Of a stretch of DNA of 64,000 bases, positions 21,875-31,991 are shown piece by piece. A program made the position numbers and the translations under genes. Numbering within the stretch: position 1 is the stretch's first letter; every line of letters begins with the position of its first letter. Source of the stretch: an uncultured Nitrososphaerota archaeon. Its GTDB lineage: Archaea > Thermoproteota > Nitrososphaeria > Nitrososphaerales > Nitrosopumilaceae. The DNA lies in the NCBI GenBank assembly GCA_963701075.1, contig OY969559.1, positions 1,600,001 to 1,664,000 on the forward strand, given 5' to 3'. The notes under the pieces are model-generated. The model searched no databases. It saw only the letters and a program-made list of their open reading frames with translations, and was not told the DNA's origin.

Positions 21875-22084
21875 TTGTTAGTTGAAAAGTTTCAAGACAG
21901 CAAAGAGGAACTAGCAAAAATATACAATCCATGCAAGTTAAAAGCTGCAAAATCGATCGGTTGCCTTGATCTATCTGTTGAGAAAGCATTGTACAAGCAT
22001 ATGATCAAGCGTAGTTTTGATAAAATGATCTGTGTCAACTGTAAATCTAGTCTGTTGGGGTTATCATTAGCTTGTAGTTATTGA
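21875..22084 (+). CDS. Small hypothetical protein
   Basis: 69-aa ORF with a CxxC, divergent from the previous gene; weak support. Confidence 0.3.
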   Translation: MLVEKFQDSKEELAKIYNPCKLKAAKSIGCLDLSVEKALYKHMIKRSFDKMICVNCKSSLLGLSLACSY

Positions 22085-22108
22085 TTTTTGTGTAGTTACA
22101 ACATTATT

Positions 22109-22795
22109 TTATGGGGATATAAGATGTCCCCAGCCTCTTGCAACAAACTTGGATATATCACTTGAGCTTATGCAAGCCGGTCTTGAATCAAATGAGTTTA
22201 AGACAAGGCCATATCCCGAAGGACAACTAACATTAGTTGGAGCAACCCCTGAGATTATTTGTTGTTCAGGGGATTTGGCAGACTGCGGTACGGAACTGGC
22301 AGTCACATTTCCATTAGAATTTGTTCCGTAATTACCAGTCATGTTTCCAAAGTGGTGCATCATGTAGCCTCCATTCATGTATCCACCTGTCATGTTTCCA
22401 TTAGAATTCATACCGTAATTACCAGTCATATTTCCAAAGTGACGTATCATGTAACCTACTGTCATATTTCCAAAGTGGTGCATCAAGTAACCTACTGTCA
22501 TGTTTCCGAATGGGTGCATCAGGTAGCCTCCATTCATGTAACCACCTGTCATATTTCCAAAGTGGTGCATCATGTATCCACCTGTCATGTTTCCATTAGA
22601 ATTCATTCCATACATTCCTGTATAATTTCCAAATGGTGCTACTTGTCCAGCGTTACCTCCCGAAATGGCCTGATTCACGCCTTGTTGAGTATAATTTTCT
22701 GGCAGGGTCTGTGCAATGGATGGTTGTACCATGATAACTTGCGAGGACACAAAAACGAACAGCATTACAAATAGAATTAATCTCATCATATCCAA
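22109..22795 (-). CDS. Secreted His/Met-rich GNMTGGYMMHHF-repeat protein with a C-terminal thaumarchaeal Cys domain
   Basis: About eight GNMT units; C-terminal SP.QQ..SGV....V.C..G..LV......PAC.......RGW. Confidence 0.85.
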   Translation of the reverse strand: MDMMRLILFVMLFVFVSSQVIMVQPSIAQTLPENYTQQGVNQAISGGNAGQVAPFGNYTGMYGMNSNGNMTGGYMMHHFGNMTGGYMNGGYLMHPFGNMTVGYLMHHFGNMTVGYMIRHFGNMTGNYGMNSNGNMTGGYMNGGYMMHHFGNMTGNYGTNSNGNVTASSVPQSAKSPEQQIISGVAPTNVSCPSGYGLVLNSFDSRPACISSSDISKFVARGWGHLISP

Positions 22796-22886
22796 TATCT
22801 AGAGGAAAGGAAGATAAATGCAGGAATTATTTTCATTGTGTCTTTTGTGCAAAAAATTTTAGCTTTTACATAAAGGATGGCAGAAA

Positions 22887-24419
22887 TCATCCAACATTGA
22901 TAGAAAATTGCGCTGTCTCTGAAATTGGCATAAAGTAAATTCCATCTACTTCTACTACTACATTATAAGATCCTGCATCTTGGAACTGGTATGGTATAGT
23001 AATAGAACCTTCAGCAGCATGTAAAATCGAAGTTGTGAACACCTGGGTTGTTCCTTTCATAATTGTAACTTTGTAATCAACATGCTCTTCAATTGAATTG
23101 GTTTGATTGTCCATGAAAACAATATTGAGCTGAGTTGGCTGCCCAGTAATTGGATTTTCAGGATTGGTTGATAATCCGATTTTTATATTTCCACTGCTTG
23201 ATTGATTTGTACCTTCTGTCTCGTTATTTTTCTCGACAGTATACAGTGCCAGCATTCCACCTTCGATATGATCATACACATGACAATGGAATAGCCAAGT
23301 GCCAACGTTGTCAGGATACATATCTAGTACTTTCATGCTCATGGGAAGAAGTTCTACCATGTCTGTTCTCTTATCGTCCATCAACAGCGTGTTTCCATGC
23401 CAATGTGGTGAATGAATATCGCTTTCACCCCCCATACCAGCTACATACCAACGTACATGCGTATTCTGCTTCATCGTCAGGCCAGGAAGATTTCCATATA
23501 TGTAGCCATTTATCGAATACTTCAAGTTGCTTTCCCAAAACATAGGATCAGTCGTGTTTGCCTGTGACATGTTTTCTCCTGTAAATGTCTGGAGATTATA
23601 CGGAAAGTACGGGCTGTTTGTCTCATTAAATATTGTAAATAGCGTAACAAACTCTTGATCTACTCCCTTTGGAGTTCCGTCAGGATTTGCTTCCCCATGT
23701 CTTGTTATTATGATTGGTCCAACAAGCCCAGCGTTTGGATCGCCTATCTCATCAACGTGAGAGTGATACATCCATAATATCGAACTTGGATCGTCGGGTC
23801 CTGGACCTGCCCTCTCTGGAACCTGCCAGATGTATGTGAAGTTGCCTCCAGGAGGCACTGCATCACCTGGTTTTTCAGAATCTGGAATTCCATCATCATA
23901 TGGTGCGCCCTCTGAAGCTTTGTCATATAAAACTCCGTGAGGATGCATGCTTACAGGAATGCGGCAATTGTTCTTGAATACTACTTGTATTGTATCACCG
24001 ACTTCTGCATGAATCACAGGTCCCAATATGCCAAGATGCTCCCATTGTGCAGGCCTTGGTTGCAGCGTGGTAAAAGTACCATCAGTGTATCCTTGGTAAA
24101 GGCATTTCAGATATACACTTCCTATCCTGTCTTTTCCATTTTGGGTATAGAGAGCTGCCAAGGGATCAGTTGCAAGAGGCTTTCCTGTGATCATGTTCAT
24201 CCCTGTCGGAGCGTAGTTCCATTTTACTTCATTTGCAGCAATGTAATATGTACGTGTTACACCTTGAAACTGAGAAGGCGTAGCTGTCTGTGTCACCATT
24301 GTGACTTGATTAGAATTTTGATTTTGGTTTTCAGTAAAGTGATAAACAAGAACACCAGTCAATGCCGATGTCAATGCAATAATAATTCCAAACATTACAG
24401 TGGTGTTTCTAGAGGTCAT
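22887..24419 (-). CDS. Two-domain multicopper oxidase (ceruloplasmin/hephaestin-like), N-terminally anchored
   Basis: Cu motifs SMHPHG, WMYHSH, HSPHWHG and WLFHCHVYDHIEGGM; extra C-terminal Ig-like domain. Confidence 0.93.
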   Translation of the reverse strand: MTSRNTTVMFGIIIALTSALTGVLVYHFTENQNQNSNQVTMVTQTATPSQFQGVTRTYYIAANEVKWNYAPTGMNMITGKPLATDPLAALYTQNGKDRIGSVYLKCLYQGYTDGTFTTLQPRPAQWEHLGILGPVIHAEVGDTIQVVFKNNCRIPVSMHPHGVLYDKASEGAPYDDGIPDSEKPGDAVPPGGNFTYIWQVPERAGPGPDDPSSILWMYHSHVDEIGDPNAGLVGPIIITRHGEANPDGTPKGVDQEFVTLFTIFNETNSPYFPYNLQTFTGENMSQANTTDPMFWESNLKYSINGYIYGNLPGLTMKQNTHVRWYVAGMGGESDIHSPHWHGNTLLMDDKRTDMVELLPMSMKVLDMYPDNVGTWLFHCHVYDHIEGGMLALYTVEKNNETEGTNQSSSGNIKIGLSTNPENPITGQPTQLNIVFMDNQTNSIEEHVDYKVTIMKGTTQVFTTSILHAAEGSITIPYQFQDAGSYNVVVEVDGIYFMPISETAQFSINVG

Positions 24420-24439
24420 AAGTCAGAATCTACCTAGTC

Positions 24440-25255
24440 TTACACCATGTTTACAAGCCAGCCAATCATAAAGCCAAAAAAGACTCCAATATAGATTGCG
24501 CGTTGGTTCAAGATGTGTACTAGTCTATTACCTATTTCTTCAACTGTTTCTGATTCTTTAACCATAATCTGTGGCCTAGCATCTGGTTCTCTGAAAAGTA
24601 TTCGAAACATTGGAAGTATGACGTATAGTATAGCGCCTATTGCTATTCCATCAAATGCCACATCAATGACGTTTGAATTGTAAAAGTATCCAACTCCTCC
24701 ACCGACTATTGTCGGAACACCTCCTATTAGGAACATCAGCAGCAATGCACCAAGCCTCTTGTCCAATTTCCCCGCCAGCGGTGCAGCTATTGGGAAGCCT
24801 TCCGTTAGATTCTGGAGAGTGAAACCCACCAATATGACAAGCGTCGTGCCTACAAGTCCATACTGCACACTTGCAGCTCCGAAGACCAACCCCTCAGTTA
24901 AATTCTGGAATCCCATCGCAATAGCAATTATCAGGGCCAGCATGACAGGTGACAACCCCTTCTTTGATCTGTGCTCAAGGAAATACAATACAAGAAATCC
25001 ACCAGCTACGGCTGCGCCAAATATAGCATCAAAAAGTGGGGATGTGCCATATCCTTCCAACGAACCGTTGGAAAGCATTGGAGTGACATCAGAGTACACA
25101 TCTGCCATTAAAAAGACAAGAATGCCAACCGCAGTGGCGTTAAGGAACTTGATTTTTCTATCACCCATTTTCTTGCGGAGAACAATTGGTAGCGACAGAT
25201 AGACAGAAAGACCCATGATTGCAGAAAGTGTTAATGTTACTATGAGGTCAACCAA
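24440..25255 (-). CDS. ZIP family metal transporter (ZupT/GufA-like)
   Basis: Multi-TM; the two metal-site motifs read QNLTEG (Gln where ZIPs usually have His). Confidence 0.85.
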   Translation of the reverse strand: MVDLIVTLTLSAIMGLSVYLSLPIVLRKKMGDRKIKFLNATAVGILVFLMADVYSDVTPMLSNGSLEGYGTSPLFDAIFGAAVAGGFLVLYFLEHRSKKGLSPVMLALIIAIAMGFQNLTEGLVFGAASVQYGLVGTTLVILVGFTLQNLTEGFPIAAPLAGKLDKRLGALLLMFLIGGVPTIVGGGVGYFYNSNVIDVAFDGIAIGAILYVILPMFRILFREPDARPQIMVKESETVEEIGNRLVHILNQRAIYIGVFFGFMIGWLVNMV

Positions 25256-25256
25256 T

Positions 25257-26126
25257 TCAATTTCCTCCTACGCAGACTGGATTATTCATGCAATGAAGGT
25301 GAGCACCGGTAAGAATTGCACCTGAAAGATCTGCACTCTGCAAGTTTGCACCATCCAGATTGGCATTTGTCAGATTTGAACCATCAAGCTGTGTATCGGA
25401 AATGTTTGCGTTGCTCAAGTCTGCACCAGAAAGGTCAAGCTGAAGCAGCTCGGTATGGTAAAGATTAGCATTTCGAAAGATTGCTCCTTTAAGGTTTGCC
25501 CATGAAAAAGTACTATCATGGAAATTTCCGTCCGTGAAATTTGCATCAGTCATGTTAGCATAGCGAAAATCAACAAATGGGGCATCTACACCTACCAAGC
25601 TTGCACCGGAAAGATCTGACTCTGGCAGGTCGATGTTTGTCATCTCAGCATAATTTAGGTTGGCATTATTAAGATGTGCTTCTGTCAGATAGGCCTTCAA
25701 AAGATTTGCATGTGACAGATTTACGCCTTGAAGATTTGCATTGTTGAGGTCGGCGTGGCTCAGGTATGCGTTTGAATGGTCACATCCATGCCAGTCCACT
25801 AGTGGAAAGTTTTGGTCATTGCAGTTCTTTGATTTTTGATATGGCAGAGATGATTGTGTCATATTTTGAGACGGTTTTACAATAGTAGAATTCTCTTGGG
25901 GCATCCATGATGACAAGAACCTATTTTGAACAAACAGACTTATTCCTTGCAGATATTGGCCATCACTTATCTTTCCCTCAACCCATAGCTTTGCATTATC
26001 TTTTAACCACGATATACTAGTACTGTTATCTGCATATGCAGAATTTCTTGAAATCGCTGATAGTGTAATCACGGAAATTAATACTCCAGTCAACATAACG
26101 AGTGTTGAACGTTTCATTAGGCTCAC
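25257..26126 (-). CDS. Secreted pentapeptide-repeat protein
   Basis: Signal peptide, W..W domain, then many A(D/N)Lxx repeats. Confidence 0.9.
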   Translation of the reverse strand: MSLMKRSTLVMLTGVLISVITLSAISRNSAYADNSTSISWLKDNAKLWVEGKISDGQYLQGISLFVQNRFLSSWMPQENSTIVKPSQNMTQSSLPYQKSKNCNDQNFPLVDWHGCDHSNAYLSHADLNNANLQGVNLSHANLLKAYLTEAHLNNANLNYAEMTNIDLPESDLSGASLVGVDAPFVDFRYANMTDANFTDGNFHDSTFSWANLKGAIFRNANLYHTELLQLDLSGADLSNANISDTQLDGSNLTNANLDGANLQSADLSGAILTGAHLHCMNNPVCVGGN

Positions 26127-26394
26127 CTAATTCGAACATGTATTTAATTTGTCGAGTAAAGATAATCCGTGAAAACAAATACTGATTCTAACAATGTAGA
26201 ATGCTGCCACAGCAGAAATATCATGTAAAATGATTTTTCACAGTATGAAAACAGTTGATTGTTTTTTTCTGGGTAAACGTCATACAGTTTCTACTTTTTC
26301 AAATCCTCCATGTGTGTCATCAAGTAACACGGTTACACAATACATTAAATTCAGATTGTGTTAGATAATGTGGAATAGGGATAATGTACGAATA

Positions 26395-26528
26395 ATGAAG
26401 AAAAAAAATTCAAGTGCAAGGAGTGCAAAATGGAGTTTGATGATCCTGTAAGGTTGGAGAGGCACTTCAAGGCAGCACATCCCCAAAAACACAGTGGCTT
26501 TAGACAAAAGTGGTATTGGGAAAGCTAA
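26395..26528 (+). CDS. C2H2 zinc-finger microprotein (not in ORF track; needs one more A in the A8 run at 26401)
   Basis: Frame from 26409 reads FKCKECKMEFDDPVRLERHFKAAHPQKHSGFRQKWYWES*. The ATG at 26395 is in frame only if the A-run is 9. Confidence 0.65.
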
Positions 26529-26591
26529 CGTACAAAACTAACATGAAGTGCGATTCCGGACCCATTACAGAAAAAAGCATCCATTAAGGCA

Positions 26592-27950
26592 TTAGATGAG
26601 TTCCATACGTTGTATTATCTTCCCAAGTGTTATAGTATCCAAGCTTGAGCGAGCTTTACCTTCTTTTATTTTGGTGTGCCATTCCTTTACCTTGCCAAAC
26701 TTGTTGTTTTCACTGATTATCTTTACAGCAAGAATTGCGTTTGAACCATACCAAGAGATTGCAGACTGGACGACATATTGTAAATCATAGTCTGTCAGTA
26801 TAGGCCAGTGCCTGCTGATTGTGCTCTCAAGTGGCACGTCTGAAAGTCCTAGTCGTTTCTTGATCATGGACAGGATCTCAGAAAATCTAGATGGGTCTTC
26901 AAGTGCAGAAATTGAAACTTTTATGGCATTTCCATCTTGTGCACTCTTGTCATCATCTGAAAAAGTGAGTTTAACAGAGCCGCGCTTTCCCGAGATAATA
27001 ACATGGTCTTCTTTACTTTCAGTCATGCCTCCCATCTCTTTGATGATGTCAAGTAGAACCTGCAATCTCTCTTTTGTAATTTTTTCAATCAATATCATGG
27101 TATCATGTTTGTCATCTGCTGGAATAGTTACAGTCTCAGATGATTTTTCTAGATTTATCTTGATACAGCTTAGCGCTGCCCTTACAAGTTCAATGTCATC
27201 ATTTTCAAAGACCAAGGTGCCAGGAACTCTTTTGTCTTTGGAGCCCAGTCTGTTCAAAAAGCTGAAAATCTCCTCAGGTATGTTGCGCAATTCTTTGAGT
27301 TCAATGAAAACATTTTTCCCCAAATCATCTGATTTCCAATGAGATACGGTAGGTTCTGCCACAGTACACATTATGTTGTACGCTGCACGTTTTTCCATTG
27401 GCACAAGTGCCGTAGAACCACTGCCATCCTTATTTATACGATAATAGATTGTCCCCTCTATACTAGTACACTTTAAGATGTTTCCAAGATTGACTTTGGC
27501 TGTAAATTTCTCATTTTTATTGCTAACTTTAACTTGAATCCAAGTTCTGGTTTTAGGGTCAAATTCCTCCCATGTGTCCATGGTTGCAAGCTTGACATTA
27601 TCAGGATCTCCCAATTTTCTTATTTCCGGCTTGTATAACCTGGTTAACACCTTGACATGATCATCCAATGTATGAACAGATACTCCAATTCCCCACAGCG
27701 AGTCAAGAAACTCCTTTCGCGTAGAGTTATCCATTGTACATGTCCAGCGTCTTTCAACCATTCGTGGTGTTACTTGTAATTTATTGAGAATTCTATCTAG
27801 TTTGGTCTGTTGCGAGAAATGTATCGAGTTTATTTTTGTAAACGTATTCTTGTATGTCTCACAAAGATTTGGCTTTCCCCGCTGAAAGCAAAGATCACAG
27901 AATTCAAGAGGATTGGCATCATTTTGGGTCTTCACTGCATTTGCACCCAA
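26592..27950 (-). CDS. Hypothetical protein (452 aa)
   Basis: Long ORF with an N-terminal CxxC...C cluster; no family recognised. Confidence 0.8.
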   Translation of the reverse strand: MGANAVKTQNDANPLEFCDLCFQRGKPNLCETYKNTFTKINSIHFSQQTKLDRILNKLQVTPRMVERRWTCTMDNSTRKEFLDSLWGIGVSVHTLDDHVKVLTRLYKPEIRKLGDPDNVKLATMDTWEEFDPKTRTWIQVKVSNKNEKFTAKVNLGNILKCTSIEGTIYYRINKDGSGSTALVPMEKRAAYNIMCTVAEPTVSHWKSDDLGKNVFIELKELRNIPEEIFSFLNRLGSKDKRVPGTLVFENDDIELVRAALSCIKINLEKSSETVTIPADDKHDTMILIEKITKERLQVLLDIIKEMGGMTESKEDHVIISGKRGSVKLTFSDDDKSAQDGNAIKVSISALEDPSRFSEILSMIKKRLGLSDVPLESTISRHWPILTDYDLQYVVQSAISWYGSNAILAVKIISENNKFGKVKEWHTKIKEGKARSSLDTITLGKIIQRMELI

Positions 27951-28123
27951 TTAATGCTAATTTCAATTTTTACCTTCCATATTCTTGCATAATAGTAGAT
28001 TTTTCAAGAGGTTTGCTGCCAGATTAGCTGAAAATGCCGTTACAGTGAATATAGGAATGTAAATCAGTAAACTCAAAATTTTAATAGGCATGAGGCTCGA
28101 AATAGTGCAGAAGTAATATTACC

Positions 28124-29293
28124 ATGTCGTTAACAAAAACTGAACTTTCCGCTCGTTCAAGATCGCTTTCAGTCATAATTCCAACATACAATGAATCCCA
28201 GAACATTACAAGAATGCTGGACATTGTTTCATCGTGTCTTCCTCCAGAAACAAATGCCGAGATTGTTGTAGTTGATGACAATTCCCCAGACGGTACGGGA
28301 AAAATAGCAGACGAATATGCAAGAAAGTCAAGAGATAATGGCGGTTGTGAAATCAAGATAATAAATAGAAAAGACGAGAAAGGTCTTAGCTCGGCAATAC
28401 TTGCAGGCATCAGGGCATCAAGTGGCGAGTCGGTTGTGGTAATGGATAGCGATTTCTCGCATCCACCAGAGACCATAACAAAGATGATAGAAGAGATGAA
28501 AAAATCTGATTGCGATATCGTGGTAGCATCAAGATATGTCAAAGGCGGTTCCATCACCGGATGGCCATTCAAGCGCAAATTGATTAGCAAGGGGGCAACG
28601 AAAATAGCACAGCAAAGCCTTGGAATAAAAATAAAGGACCCAATGTCTGGATTCTTTGCGTTTCGTAGACACGTTGTTAGAAACATCAACTTTGATGCAA
28701 TAGGATACAAGATACTATTGGAGATACTTGTAAAGGCAAGAGGAGCCAAGGTCAGAGAGATACCTTACAACTTTACAGATAGAAGAGAAGGCACAAGCAA
28801 ACTAGATGCAGCAGTAATCTTGGATTATACAAAATCGGTGTGGAAGCTATACAGATATGGTAGGTCCATAAGGGAGAGGAGAACCTCTGTTCATTTCCTA
28901 TCAAAGGCAGGACGATTCTACACTGTTGGAGCCACTGGACTGCTTGTAAACTATCTTGTCTCATTTCTCTTTGGTGCAGTTCTGTCCAATCTTTGGTATA
29001 TCTATGCAACTATGATTGGAATCATGTTTTCGATGACGTCAAACTTTATTCTAAATAAGATCTGGACGTTTGAAGACAGGGACATGAACCTAAAGCGGAC
29101 CCTTTTGCAGTATGGTTCATTTGTGTTATTTAGTGGAGTCGGTGCAATATTCCAACTTGGAATGGTATACCTAATGGTGGAAACAGAACATGTGAGCTAT
29201 GCGTTAGCTTTATTCATATCTGTTGCAATTGCGTCAATTGGCAACTTTATACTAAACAAGAAATGGACGTTCAAGGAAAAAATCTGGAGCTAG
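28124..29293 (+). CDS. Dolichol/polyprenol-phosphate mannosyltransferase-like GT2 fused to a GtrA domain
   Basis: IIPTYNE, VVDDNSPDGT, MDSDFSHPP, DPMSGFF; C-terminal GtrA TMs with NF.LNK.WTF twice. Confidence 0.92.
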   Translation: MSLTKTELSARSRSLSVIIPTYNESQNITRMLDIVSSCLPPETNAEIVVVDDNSPDGTGKIADEYARKSRDNGGCEIKIINRKDEKGLSSAILAGIRASSGESVVVMDSDFSHPPETITKMIEEMKKSDCDIVVASRYVKGGSITGWPFKRKLISKGATKIAQQSLGIKIKDPMSGFFAFRRHVVRNINFDAIGYKILLEILVKARGAKVREIPYNFTDRREGTSKLDAAVILDYTKSVWKLYRYGRSIRERRTSVHFLSKAGRFYTVGATGLLVNYLVSFLFGAVLSNLWYIYATMIGIMFSMTSNFILNKIWTFEDRDMNLKRTLLQYGSFVLFSGVGAIFQLGMVYLMVETEHVSYALALFISVAIASIGNFILNKKWTFKEKIWS

Positions 29294-29338
29294 TACTTTT
29301 TTCCACATTTGCACTATCTTGTTCCCCTGAGGTAAAAC

Positions 29339-30808
29339 TCATTTTTCCTTGATCAGGATTGGATTTTCTTCATAGTTTACCTTGAGACTGGTATATGGAT
29401 AGAGCGAAATGTCGTATCCCTGGGTGTTACCTACAAACGTAGCGACCGTCTTTGTGTCATTGTATAATTGTTCAAGTTGTGTTCCTCTGCTCATATCTAC
29501 CATTACGTAATGTTGGTCTGCAACCAATACAACTTTTTCAGTTGTGATTGGCTCAAAGAGGGCAAGAGAATAGTCGGCAAGAACGTTTTGTTTGTGAAAT
29601 ACATAACTGAATATCCAAGAATAGACTGGACTTGCAAGAATTGTGGTCTTGTTGTCATTGTCATTTACGTGTTGCAAGACAAAAGAGGTTGCCTGAAACT
29701 CACTTGATGCCATATTTGTTGTTATGAGTAACAGAGTACTTGCAAGACCAAATACCCCTATACCCAAAATCACTGCAACTGGAAAATTTTTGTGTATATT
29801 TTTTCTTTTGACTTGCCCAAGAACTTTTACAATAAGAATAGATGCAGATATGCAGAAAACTGGCAAGACTGGAATCCAATAGAAATATTGGTTATATCCC
29901 ATGGCAAGAAGAAAAATTGTGAAAGGTACAAACCACATCAAAATAAAATAATCTTTCCTGTAAATACAAAAAACAATTCCCGCAATTCCTAAAATAAATA
30001 AGACAGGATCCATCTGTAAAAATAGATACGATATGTATGGCAAGCCGTAACTATGCTTTTCTGCTTGCTCAAGCACGTCCTTAGTCCAGAGACCAAACTG
30101 TCCAGATTCGATACTCTGAAGAGGCCAGAGAAAAGGAATCAGAAAAACTGGAACTAGCCAAAGCGCCACAAGTTTTGGCCTTTTTTCGTTGAAGTATATG
30201 ATATATGTAATCAGCGGAATCATTGCAAATGCAGGAATTTTGGTAAATATTGCCAATCCCATGCAGATGCCTGAAAGCAATATCATCAGACTTTTCCGAT
30301 CAGAGTTTTTTGATTTCAGGGCAAGCAAAATGGACAACAGGAGAAATGGCAACAGTATGGAATCAAGAAGTATTTCCCTTACAAGCCATGTGATTGGCAT
30401 GACAGCAAACAGCATGGATGAAATTAACGCAACTTTTGCTCCGTAGCGATTTTCTGCAATCTTGTAAATTAGAAATGTATCAGCTATTGCAAGCATTCCC
30501 ATTACAACTCTGGGCACTAGGTACAGCATAGATATGGAATTTGGACTCGATGATACATGAAGAGAGCCTGGAAATCCAATCAGACCTAAAACTGATGCCA
30601 GAAAAATTTGTCCAAAGTAGGGATGATCGTAAAAAAATGACTCTTGTGGACCAAGGCCTGCCAATACATGCATGGCTCTTCTCATGTATATGCCCTCATC
30701 GAAGAAAATTGCTGGAAATTCTGCAGCGTTCCAAATGTGAGTAAACCCAGATAACACTAGTAATCCTAAAAGGAACCAGTTAGCTCTTCTAGAATTGATT
30801 TGGTACAC
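29339..30808 (-). CDS. GT-C superfamily glycosyltransferase (ArnT/PMT_2, GT39/83-like)
   Basis: FDEG.Y and DHP.FG motifs; multi-TM; convergent with the Dol-P-sugar synthase gene. Confidence 0.85.
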   Translation of the reverse strand: MYQINSRRANWFLLGLLVLSGFTHIWNAAEFPAIFFDEGIYMRRAMHVLAGLGPQESFFYDHPYFGQIFLASVLGLIGFPGSLHVSSSPNSISMLYLVPRVVMGMLAIADTFLIYKIAENRYGAKVALISSMLFAVMPITWLVREILLDSILLPFLLLSILLALKSKNSDRKSLMILLSGICMGLAIFTKIPAFAMIPLITYIIYFNEKRPKLVALWLVPVFLIPFLWPLQSIESGQFGLWTKDVLEQAEKHSYGLPYISYLFLQMDPVLFILGIAGIVFCIYRKDYFILMWFVPFTIFLLAMGYNQYFYWIPVLPVFCISASILIVKVLGQVKRKNIHKNFPVAVILGIGVFGLASTLLLITTNMASSEFQATSFVLQHVNDNDNKTTILASPVYSWIFSYVFHKQNVLADYSLALFEPITTEKVVLVADQHYVMVDMSRGTQLEQLYNDTKTVATFVGNTQGYDISLYPYTSLKVNYEENPILIKEK

Positions 30809-30930
30809 TACTTGAATTCAAGTACACTGTTAAAATTGCTTGTCATTTCAATGACACGGTATAACTTTACTTCTGTCTGATTACAATCATGCCTCACAGG
30901 TCTGAATCAGGCAAAACCTGTTTTGATGGA

Positions 30931-31347
30931 CTATTGCAGGAATCTTGGAATCTTTTTAGCAATATGCGATATAGATATTCTTCCAGGCCCCAAAACGATT
31001 ATTGTCAACAAGATGATAAATGCCAAGAGCTCAAGTTCTATTCCCGCGTTACCTGAAAATGATTTTAGCTTTTTTACATATACTATAGCCCCAAGCATGT
31101 CAATTGCAATAAGACTGCTCGCTATTCTCGATAGCACTCCAACAATGAGAAGAATTCCTCCAATCAATTCCAGCAGGCCTATGAGAATTGCCATATCGGC
31201 CGGAAGACCCAAACTTGAAAGAAACTTTCCAAATCCGCTACCAAACTTCATTTGACTGTGAACGATAAAGAAAACCCCCACTACAATTCTCAATCCAAAA
31301 TGTACAACATCATGTAGTATGTGCGTTCTAAGAGTGGCCTCAGCCAT
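30931..31347 (-). CDS. DoxX family membrane protein
   Basis: LRIVVG.FFI.H...KF, ELIGG.LLIVG...R, GPGRIS. Confidence 0.9.
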   Translation of the reverse strand: MAEATLRTHILHDVVHFGLRIVVGVFFIVHSQMKFGSGFGKFLSSLGLPADMAILIGLLELIGGILLIVGVLSRIASSLIAIDMLGAIVYVKKLKSFSGNAGIELELLAFIILLTIIVLGPGRISISHIAKKIPRFLQ

Positions 31348-31559
31348 TTGTTATTATTTTTGTTTATAGTTATTATTAATCTTCGTAATCTGTTTTTTAT
31401 TAAAAAATTGTGTCAAATGACAGTCAAAGATTTTCATTTTCACGTTAACTGCATTTGGTTTTTGTTATTTACTACATTTCCATAAATTGGTGAACGGTAC
31501 AAAACATTTCCATGAAATGTCCACCAATGGTTTATCAACGTACCGTACCATTCACATCT

Positions 31560-31718
31560 ATGCCAAGAAAAGAATACAAAACCATTACCGTGAAAAACGA
31601 GTCCTACGAGCAGTTCAAAAGAGCCGTCAGGGATGCAAAGAAAAAGGACAAGTCTCTTGACAATAGCACGTTTCTAAATTCTCTCATAAGTCAACACCAC
31701 AAGTCCAGAAAGCCATGA
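31560..31718 (+). CDS. Small ribbon-helix-helix / antitoxin-like DNA-binding protein
   Basis: MPRKEYKTITVKNESYEQFK beta-strand plus helix pattern. Confidence 0.6.
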   Translation: MPRKEYKTITVKNESYEQFKRAVRDAKKKDKSLDNSTFLNSLISQHHKSRKP

Positions 31719-31930
31719 CAGAAAAACAAAGAAAACCAACACTTGAAGAGATGTGGAAGCAGATTAGTAGAATCCTTATTCCAATGGGCCAGATGCCAGA
31801 CAAGGCAAGCATGGATTACAAGCAGGTGGAGGAACTTTATTCTAGTCTAATTGTAGCCGACAGGACATTCAAAGATCTTGTGCAGATTGCAATTTTTAAA
31901 AAAGAGATAAACGAAATAGAAAATGAGTAA
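31715..31930 (+). CDS. Small hypothetical protein coupled to the RHH gene
   Basis: ATGA overlap with the upstream ORF. Confidence 0.55.
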   Translation: MTEKQRKPTLEEMWKQISRILIPMGQMPDKASMDYKQVEELYSSLIVADRTFKDLVQIAIFKKEINEIENE

Positions 31931-31991
31931 ATAGGAATTACTTACGCTCTTACGTCGAATTCTCTCAATGCGTGACAAATTTAACACATGA

